A DNA stretch of 64,000 nt from Eledone cirrhosa (Eukaryota), in the NCBI GenBank assembly GCA_964016885.1, contig OZ024743.1:321160001-321224000 (forward strand), written 5' to 3'. A program made the position numbers and the translations under genes. The notes beneath the pieces were generated by a model that saw only the letters and a program-made list of their open reading frames with translations, ran no database searches and was not told the origin of the DNA. This document shows, piece by piece, positions 12,677-22,198 of this stretch (position 1 is the stretch's first letter; every line of letters starts with the position of its first letter).

Positions 12677-12719
12677 ACGTTGCTGACGATAGCTAATAAG
12701 CTTGAAACTAGTACAGCGT
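12677..12719 (+). ncRNA. Minimal type I hammerhead ribozyme
   Basis: Stem I ACGUUG/CAGCGU; CUGACGA; stem II u-AGC-UAAUAA-GCU-u; GAA; palindromic stem III ACUAGU; GUA triplet, cut after 12713. Confidence 0.85.
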
Positions 12720-12864
12720 TCCTTTGTCAGTGTTGAACAAATGAGCAACGATGATTGCTAGACACTGTACGGCTTAATTCAGGATGTTTGTTTACAAACA
12801 CACCGAACATTATAATAAATGTTCGGTGAATCCATACGTACATATATATATGTGTGCATGTATG

Positions 12865-12932
<68 letters not shown>

Positions 12933-13159
12933 CATACATACATACATGCACACATATATATATGTACGTATACATACTTATATTTAAATAACAGCTGTAC
13001 TAAGAGTGAGGAATGAAATTTCGTTTCATTTTTTCCGTTTATCGTTTTCGGTACCCCGGCCGATTAACTCACTCGATATGCAAATTAGGCTGCTCAGCCG
13101 TTAATATGTATAAGGAAAGTATATACTTTCAGACGTTCAACCATCTGGTAGGAAGGTAT

Positions 13160-13202
13160 ACGTTGCTGACGATAGCTAATAAGCTTGAAACTAGTACAGC
13201 GT
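13160..13202 (+). ncRNA. Minimal type I hammerhead ribozyme, identical to 12677-12719
   Basis: Same 43-nt sequence; cut after 13196. Confidence 0.85.
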
Positions 13203-13341
13203 TCCTTTGTCAGTGTTGAACAAATGAGCAACGATGGTTGCTAGACACTGTACGGCTTAATTCGGGATGTGTGTTTACAAACACACCGAGCATTATAATA
13301 AATGTTCGGTGAATCCATACGTACATATATATATGTGCATG

Positions 13342-13423
<82 letters not shown>

Positions 13424-13456
13424 CAAATACATACTACTGTACGTCTGTATACATAT

Positions 13457-13580
13457 ATAACAGATTAAAGTTTAAGCAAAGAATCGCTGCTTTCACCCTT
13501 AACGGGATCTTCTGGTTAGTTTCAGAAGATCCCGTTAAGGGTGAAAGCAGCGATTCTTTTCTTAAACTTTAATCTGTTAT
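13457..13580. repeat. Inverted repeat (58-bp arms, 8-bp spacer) of the CAGAAGA hammerhead-like family
   Basis: 13457-13514 is the reverse complement of 13523-13580 with one mismatch. Full fold on + at 13518-13568 with a decayed stem III; AATAAA at 13584. Confidence 0.9.
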
Positions 13581-13675
13581 TTTAATAAATATTTGCTCTA
13601 CGGTTCTTATATATTTGATATATATTTATCCCTATCGAGCCCTCTTTGGATTTTAGTCTTCAAATTTATTATTAT

Positions 13676-13758
<83 letters not shown>

Positions 13759-13869
13759 ATATAATATATATAATATATATATTATATATATATTTATATA
13801 ATATATATATTATATATATATTTATATTATATATATATATATTATATATATATATTTATATAATATATA

Positions 13870-14980
13870 TCATCATCATCATCATCGTTTAACGTCCATA
13901 TTCCACGCTTGCATGGGTTTGGATGGGAGTTTTCCCACTTGAGGCTAGAGTGGTTGTCTTGCTCGCATAGGACTGTCTGGCGGGTTTACTACGGCTGGAT
14001 GCCCTTCCTAACACCAACCACATTTACAGTGCGGAACTGGGAGGTATTTACCGCGTTACCTACACGGTCACATTACAGCGTGGACTGTGTGTTTTTTTTT
14101 GACGTGACACCTACACGACCTCATTTGTTTCGGCCTGGATGTTGTGGTACCAACATAACTTTACATTGAAAGGGGCGGTGTTGATGGGGTGGGGGTAGTG
14201 GAACGGGGGTGTATTTTGTTAGAGGTGCCTACTGATGTAGTAGGTTTTACTTTGTATTTAGGTAAGGCGGGTCTTCTCTATTACTGAGTACCGCCAAAGA
14301 TGTCGGTCCAGTGACATTGTCTTGGAGAGGTGTAAGTGTGTGAGGTCAGAATTTATCAAGTCGTCCCAGGTTTTTCTGGGTCTGCCTACTCCGTGGCTAC
14401 CGTCTATTTTTATTGCCCTGCACTTTTTTATACAGCTGTCGTCTTTCATGCGCATCACGTGACCATACCAACGCAGCCTTCTCTCGAGTAAACAACATCT
14501 GATCCCTCTTATTTCTAATTTTTCCCTTAGTTTGTTAATGCTTTGCCGTTCACGTATATTACTATTACACATCCAGCGGAGCATGCAAGCTTCGTTCCTC
14601 TCTAGTCTGCGTATATCCTCTGCACACAATGCCCAGGTCTCACTGCCATGCAACATTGCTGTTCGTATGAAGGCATCATACAGCCTGCCTTTCATTTTTA
14701 GGGAGAACCCTTTAGCAGCTAATAGTGGTATAAGCTCTCTGAACTTTTTCCATCCAGTTCTGACTCTAGCTACTCTACTTTCAGAGCACCCTCCGCCACT
14801 GCTGATTTTGTCACCCAGGTAACGGAAGCTGTCCACTATTTCTATAGAACCCTCTGTGAAATTGAAAAAGCTAGTATTTTGTGGGCACCTGCTGCTACTT
14901 ATTGCACCAGAGCACAGGCCACATGTAAAATCGATGTTCTTAGTTAGCTTACCTGTGATCCCACTACATCTTTTATGCAA
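13870..14980 (-). mobile_element. 5'-truncated RTE LINE
   Basis: ORF 14258-14980 (FRYLGD, LYDAFIRTAMLHGSETW, RRLRWYGHVMRM, GRPRKTW), 3' UTR and (GAT)n tail. Confidence 0.92.
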
Positions 14981-15055
14981 GCATATATCTTATATATATA
15001 TAAATATATATATATAAATATAAATATATATATATATAAATATAAATATATATAT

Positions 15056-15573
15056 ATGTATATATAATGTATTTTGCAATACACTTTAAGCTTAATTAAA
15101 AGCATTTTGAAGACCGTATGCTATTGTTTTAGAGTAGTGACAAATTCACTTACCTTAATCTCAGCAAACAGGGGAGATAAGCCGACAAGACCTTGTTTCG
15201 CATTTATTGCTTTTAATTAAGCATAAAGTGTATTGCAAAATACATTATATATACATCCATATATATATTGCTATTTCAGAGCTCCAATTCTAATTTTTAA
15301 TTTCTGCCTGACCAACAACCGCTCTGTATAATCAGTTCCTGATTATTTACTAGAATTCTATAAGAATATAACATCAGTGATCTCGGCAGACAGGAGGGAG
15401 TAGTTAGCCTTGATAAGCATCAATAAATGCGAAACAAGGTCTTGTCGGCTTATCTCCCCTGTTTGCTGAGATTAAAGTAAGTGAATTTGTCACTACTCTA
15501 AAACAATAGCATACGGTCTTCAAAACGCTTTAATTAAGCATAAAGTGTATTGCAAAATACATTATATATACAT
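15056..15573. mobile_element. Solo pLTR-like unit with inverted partial copy
   Basis: 15056-15209 is the reverse complement of 15421-15573; 15209-15257 repeats the terminal ~48 bp; hammerhead at 15406. Confidence 0.75.
15406..15450 (+). ncRNA. Type I hammerhead ribozyme with U3-A8 core covariation
   Basis: Stem I AGCC/GGCU; UUGAUAA; stem II GCAU-CAAUAA-AUGC; GAA; stem III ACAAG/CUUGU; GUC triplet, cut after 15446. Confidence 0.8.
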
Positions 15574-15586
15574 ATATATATATTTA

Positions 15587-15650
<64 letters not shown>

Positions 15651-15697
15651 TGAAATAACAGGAGGCCGGACTGGTGTAAATCCTTGAAAGGTTTATT

Positions 15698-15755
15698 ATA
15701 CTATGATCATTTCAATGACCGGGTTCCATATGAATCCGGTGATATCATCGGGTAT
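15698..15755 (-). ncRNA. Hammerhead-like fold (core CCGAUGA)
   Basis: Stem I AUAC/GUAU; long stem II with ACCGG/CCGGU; GAA; palindromic stem III AUGAUCAU; AUA triplet; AATAAA immediately downstream. Confidence 0.65.
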
Positions 15756-15953
15756 TGGAATATACCAAAGGAATATGTAAAAAGCCATGGGTCCGAAAAA
15801 TCAGAGACAGAGACAAAGAGGGCGACTGACCAACTAGCATCCCAGCCAGCCGCCCTCAAAGGCGGCTGGCTGATAAGCTAGTTGGTCAGCCGTCCTCTCT
15901 GTCTCTGATTTTTCGGACCCATGGCTTTTTACATATTCCTTTGTTATATTCCA

Positions 15954-16011
15954 ATAGTTGATGATATCACCGGATTCATATGGAACCCGGTCATTGAAAT
16001 GGTCATAGTAT
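15954..16011 (+). ncRNA. Hammerhead-like fold (core UUGAUGA), mirror copy
   Basis: Same fold as 15698-15755 with a different core change and a stem I mismatch; AATAAA at 16012. Confidence 0.55.
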
Positions 16012-16222
16012 AATAAACCTTTCAAGGATTTACACCAGTCCGACCTCCTGTTATTTCATTTATAATTAACTCAGTATTCGCACCACCAACTACACAAACG
16101 AAGGTGGGAGAACAGCACTGCGTTGAGTACTCTTCACAATATTACTCCAGGATTGACCATACGGAATGACCAGTTCTCTCCAGTGGTGAACCAACAAACC
16201 TATATATATTATATATATATAA

Positions 16223-16287
<65 letters not shown>

Positions 16288-16294
<7 letters not shown>

Positions 16295-17700
16295 ATACTT
16301 TGGGAGGGTCATGTTTCCAACAAGAAACACACGCACCAGTTGCTTTCACTTCAATTTATTATAATAAATTTATAAATTTAGGAATTTATAAATTTCCGGT
16401 TATGCCAAACCAATGACTTCCAAATATCTGATCCACCGAAACTCAGCTGTTTCGGACCATACCAAAATCAACATACTGATTGCGGATTTGGTAGGGGTGA
16501 TGAGAAACGTGTCCCGCATGTGCAAGCCCAAAGAACTAGAGAGACACATAAAACACTTCATCCACCGTATGCAGTTCTCCGGTTACAATCAGAGTATATA
16601 GAGGAGCCAGAACCAAATGGGAAAAAATGGTAAATAATGACACAAATGGGACCTGCCCCTTGTATAGGAGCAAATTTTGGAATAGAATAGAAAGAACTAG
16701 GAATAAGGTTAATAGAATAAACTCATGGTATGATAGCAATAAATACCAGAGTGTAATGTTCATCGATACAACCCCTAGAGGTGAATTAGCTTACAAATTT
16801 AGAAGAGCCCTAGATAAACATAAACTCAATATTAAGATAGTAGAAAGACCAGGTACCTCCATAAAAACACTTATTAGCAATACATACCCTTTTCAAAGAC
16901 CTCCCTGTATAGACAAGAAATGTATAATCTGTAAATTAAGCCCCCATATTAACTGTAAAACTAGAAATATAGTATATAGCATAAGATGTACTGAAGGACA
17001 ACGTAGAGATAAGAATATAGTGTACATAGGTGAGACAGCTCGTAGTATAGGGGAACGGATAAATGAACACTGGCGAGACCAAGATAGTAAATAATCATCT
17101 GTACTCTACCAACATGCTAAAATAGAACATAAGGGTAAATTAGAGAACATAGAAATAAAAATAGAATCTACAGACAGAAAAGACGCAATGTTTAGACAAA
17201 TCACAGAGGCAATAAACATAAATGAACTCCAACCAAAATTAAATAGAAAACATGAATGGAACAGCAACATCACAACTTACAATTAAGGACAAAATGAAAA
17301 CACACACGCACATAGAACAAACAACCAACCAGTAACATGTAAATAAACAAATAAATAAACAAATATAAACACACACAGACACCCGGATGTAACACATGCG
17401 CAAACTATGCACACAACACACACAAAAACAAGATGGCGTAGGAGAGAACAAAGGAGAGGCACAAAAACAAAGAAAGGAATCCCCAGTCACTGAAGAGGTC
17501 ACATAATGTGTGACGAAAGAACTTTGATAATATATAAACAATCATCCGGTTGTGGAACCAATCAACCAACCGGAAATTTATAAATTCCTAAATTTATAAA
17601 TTTATTATAATAAATTGAAGTGAAAGCAACTGGTGCGTGTGTTTCTTATTGGAAACAGACCCTCCCAAAGTATAACAATATCGGTTTCAACACACGTTTT
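16288..17700 (+). mobile_element. 5'-truncated Penelope-like element (RT thumb and GIY-YIG) with inverted terminal copy
   Basis: YAKPMTSKYLIHRNSA (thumb); CIDKKCIIC..NCKTRNIVYSIRC..VYIGETARSIGERINEH (GIY-YIG); 16288-16401 is the reverse complement of 17568-17680. Confidence 0.9.
17486..17528 (+). ncRNA. Hammerhead-like motif in Penelope 3' pLTR
   Basis: Stem I GUCA/UGAU; CUGAAGA-G; stem II GUCACA/UGUGAC; GAA; weak stem III AG-AA-CU; CUU triplet. Confidence 0.6.
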
Positions 17701-17735
17701 CAGATAAAGAATCTTGCTAAACAAACTCAGAAACG

Positions 17736-18076
<341 letters not shown>

Positions 18077-18079
18077 CAT

Positions 18080-18369
18080 CACCCGTTCAATTCTCAGACC
18101 GGGTGATATGTTGTTTCCTTGAGCAAGACACTTTATTTCACATTGCTCCAGTTTACTCAGCTGTAGAAATGAGATGATAGGGACTGGGGTCCATATCATT
18201 CCACTGTAAAGTGGTCATTAAGGTGCCAGGCAAAACAGCACCCAGCACTCACTGTAAATGAGGTTGGTGTTAGGAAGGGCATCTAGCTGTAGAAATCAAG
18301 CCAGAATCAGTTCCTGTCCCACCCTTGCAAGCAGGGAAAAAGCGGACATAAAATGAAATGATGATGATT
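18080..18369 (+). mobile_element. SINE with bipartite RTE-derived body and tail
   Basis: Middle matches 21981-22057; 3' end cccacccttgcaagcagggaaaaagcggac matches the terminus of the RTE ending at 22222; (GAT)n tail. Confidence 0.8.
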
Positions 18370-18400
18370 ATATATCCATATATATATATATATATATATA

Positions 18401-18431
<31 letters not shown>

Positions 18432-18449
18432 ATTATTTTTGTTGTATAT

Positions 18450-18606
18450 CATCTCGGCTATTTGCCATGCGGTATTCTATTCTATCGGTTAGTTAGTTTG
18501 TTAGCCTTGATGGCGACCCTCAGTACCTACCTCACAATTTCCCTCCCACCACCATAGCCTATTCGACCAATCAAACCTCAGCATGCCATTTCTGCTGCTG
18601 CTGCTG

Positions 18607-18676
<70 letters not shown>

Positions 18677-21600
18677 CTAACTCTCTCCTCCCCTGTCGCA
18701 GCCCAACACACCCTGCCATTATCCCACCACCACTGTTCTTCTAGCCCTCAATTTTCCCACCGTTATGGATGGATGAGCTGAGAATAAATTTGAGCAACTC
18801 TGAATCAATAGATGAAATATGAATCTGCGAGCTACCAAGCACCCATGTGAAGCGCCAACCCAGAGACCCTTCCCTACGAGTGTCGACAAATGCCCAAATG
18901 CTAGAGCGAAAGGAAATTGATGTATGCTGTGTGCAAGAGACTAGATGGAGAGGAGAGTCTGCCAGAGTCCTTGTAGGAAAAAGTCGGTGCTACAAATTTT
19001 TCTGGGTGGGAAATGACGATGGGATGGGTGGTGTAGGTATACTACTAGCTGACAAGTAGGTAGATAAAGTAATCTCAGTGTACAGGGTAAATGCAAGAAT
19101 CATTAAACTCAGACTAGTCCTGAATAAAACAATTACCACAATAATATCAGCTTACGCACCCCAATCGGGGCTGCCAGACGAACTTAACGATAGGTTTTAC
19201 GAGTCCCTAATGCACACTACTGCTCTAACAGACGACAATGACTTCCTAATCATCGCAGGAGATTTTAACGGACACGTAGGTAAACACTGCGACGGCTTCA
19301 ATAGAGTACATGGAGGCCATGGGGTTGGCACAAGAAATGACGAAGGATTCAGACTTCTAGAATTCTGCGACGCCAATGACATGTCGATATATAACACAAA
19401 CTTTAAAAAACCCGACAACCACCTGATCACCTATAGATCAGGGGAGCACTCCAGTCAGATAGATTGTATCCTCACCAGAGGACGTGTCAGATGGACGGTC
19501 GTAAACACAAAAGCCTTCCCTAGTGAGGAATGTACATCCCAACATAGCTTAGTTGTCATCGACCTCACGGTCAGAACTAGACGAACCTGGAAACAGAGGC
19601 CAACCTGGAGAAGAAAGATCTGGAAGCTGAAAGTCCCCTCAACCAGTAACAGATTTAAAGATATTTTACTCAACGCCTATGACAGTAAAGAAGAACAGAT
19701 GGAGACATTCAATGTAGAAGAGAACTGGGAGTTCCTAAAAAATAATTTACTAGAGGCGACGGATGAGGTCTGTGGCTGGAGTAAGACCTCAAGCAGGAGG
19801 AGAGTGACTTGGTGGTGGAACAATAAGGTAGATGAAGCAGTTAAGGCCAAGAGACAGGCATGGAAAGAATGGAAGAACGTGGGGAGCAGGGTACATTACA
19901 TAGAGACCAAGAGGGAAGCTAGGCGACAAGTATACTTAGCTAGGAGGGAAGCAGAGGATAGAAAATTCAAGCATGTTTTGCAACGTGAGGACCAGAAACA
20001 GGAGGTGTTCAAGATTGCGAGGCAGTGTGTCAGAGATAGTTGTTATGTCATTGGAGAGAAGTGTATCCGGAATGATAAAGGTGAGCTTGCCCTCACAAGT
20101 GCTGAGAAGAAAGATGCATGGAAGAGTCATTATGATAGATTACTAAATGAGGAGAATGCATGGGAAGAAGAGACCCTACCCCAAGTAGACCCTATAGAGG
20201 AGCCAGCAGTACAAGTCAGCAGCAACGTAGTAAGTAAGGCAATCAAAGATATGAAGATGGGGAAGGCTACTGGTCCATCGGGTATAGCTGCCGAGATGCT
20301 GAAGGCATCTGGGTCTGTAGATCACACTATAACCACACGTATTGTTAACCAGGTAATACTAGAAGGTGACATACCAAAAGATTGGTGCAGTAGCATCATT
20401 GTCAACTGCTACAGAGGTAAAGGCGATACACTAGATAGAGGAAACTATAGAGGTATAAAGTTGATGGACCAGGTCATGAAAGTAACAGAAAGAGTTATAG
20501 CACAGTTGATTAGGGACCGGGTGAAAATAGACGAGATGCAATTTGGGTTTGTACCAGGAAGAGGCACCACTGATGCCCTCTTCCTTGTGAGGCAGTTACA
20601 GGAAAAGTACCTAGCTAAAAGTAAGCCACTCTACTTGGCATTTGTCGACCTTGAGAAAGCCTTTGACAGAGTTCCACGTGCTGTAATCTGGTGGGCTCTT
20701 AGAAAACTAGGAGTAGATGAATGGCTTGTGAAAGCGGTACAAGCCATGTATAGGGGAGCAGTCAGCAAAGTTAGGATTAGCAATGAGTATAGCGAGTAAT
20801 TTAGCGTACAGGTTGGGGTCCACCAGGGCTCTGTTCTTAGCCCCCTCCTGTTCATCATAGTCCTGTAGGCAATAACGGAGGAGTTTAAGACCGGATGCCC
20901 ATGGGAACTCCTGTATGCTGATGACCTCGCACTCATAGCTGAATCTATGGTAGAACTAGAGAATAAATTCCAAACTTGGAAGCAGGGACTAGAAAGAAAC
21001 GGTCTCAAAGTCAGCATGACAAAGACTCAGGTCCTTTTAAGTAGACGAGAAAACAGAACCCAGATCCCCTCAGGGAAATGGCCTTGCTCAGTATGTAGGA
21101 AATGTGTAGGTAGGAACTCTATTCTCTGCCCCAAATGCAAACAATGGGTACACAAGAGATGTAGCGGGATCCCAGGAAGCTTAATTAAGAATGTAGGATT
21201 CACATGCAGCAGCTGTGCTGGGACAGCAAGCAGCAAACAGCCACAGGAAACAAGTACCACCAATCTCTGGGAGGGCTCTGTAGAAACAGTAGACAGCTTC
21301 TGCTACCTAGGTGACCGAATTAGCAGCGGAGGTGGGTGTTCAGAAAGTACAATAACTAGGGTAAGAACGGGATGGAAGAAGTTTAGGGAACTACTACCAC
21401 TGCTAGCTGCAAAAGGCTTCTCCCTCAGAGTGAAAGGCAGACTGTATGATGCGTGTATCCGAACAGCAATGCTGCATGGTAGTGAGTCCTGGGTGCTGAA
21501 GGTGGAAGACTTACGTAGATTAGAGAGAAACGAAGCCTGCATGCTCCGATGGATGTATAACAGTAATATACGTGAACGACAAAGCATAAATGAATTGAGA

Positions 21601-22160
21601 GAGAGACTGAGCATAAGAGGAATCAAATGCTGTGTGCAGGAGAGGCGGTTGCGCTGGTATGGATATGTGATGCGTATGAAGGGTGACAGCTGCATAAAAA
21701 GGTGCAGAGTACTAGAAGTCGATGGAAACCGCGGAGATGACCTGGGATGAGGTGATAAAAGCCGACCTTACCCAATTACACCTCTCAAAGGCAATGACAC
21801 ACGACCGTGACCTCTGGCGTCAAGCAGTAATAGAGAGTACCCTACCTCCCATGGGTACAAGCTGAAGCATATAGACAATATGCCCCCACACCCCCCACCG
21901 CAAGGTGGTCGTGGAGGTGCCACGGCAAAAAGCCACCCAGCCCACACTGTAAAGTGGACATGTAGGCGCCACGAAAAAGGACCCAGCACTCACTGTAAAT
22001 GAGGTTGGTGTTAGGAAGGGCATCCAGCTGTAGAAATCAAGCCAAATCAGTTCCTGTATGAGCAAGGCATGGTCAGCCGACCAGACACTGCCCACAACAG
22101 GACAACCAGTCTAACCCATGCTAGTGTGGAAGAACGGACGTAAAACGGTGATGATGATGA

Positions 22161-22164
<4 letters not shown>
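18450..22164 (+). mobile_element. Near full-length RTE LINE (APE, RT, C4HC3 finger), inactivated
   Basis: CCVQETRW, SAYAPQ, IAGDFNGH, SQH; QFGF, AFVDLEKAFDRV, GVHQG, YADD at 20914. Stops at 19057, 20797 and 20866; small deletion near 21733; (GAT)n tail. 5' boundary uncertain; coding part about 18847-21830. Confidence 0.92.

Positions 22165-22196
<32 letters not shown>

Positions 22197-22198
<2 letters not shown>

Larger units (their letters stand above)
12612..13350 (+). repeat. About 250-bp direct repeat (12612 and 13095, offset 483), pLTR/retrozyme-like
   Basis: Nearly identical copies, each with a hammerhead and the terminal hairpin caccgarcatt-ataata-aatgttcggtg, followed by (TA)n. Confidence 0.9.
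15646..16064. repeat. About 420-bp imperfect palindrome
   Basis: Arms are reverse complements centred on cagccagccgcc-ctcaaa-ggcggctggctg; reflected in mirror ORFs 15684+ and 15834-. Confidence 0.95.

Noticed and set aside
12727-13892. YIYI-rich ORFs (also 16123, 17620-18452; CVCV/HTHT ORFs at 25946-26547)
   Set aside because: Translations of (TA)n and (TG)n microsatellites.
15684-16025. Pair of similar 63-65 aa ORFs on opposite strands
   Set aside because: By-product of the palindrome; TTG starts and no recognisable domain.
18450-18850. HDV-like ribozyme in RTE 5' UTRs (also 25120-25260)
   Set aside because: Known for some RTEs, but no nested double pseudoknot could be built by eye.
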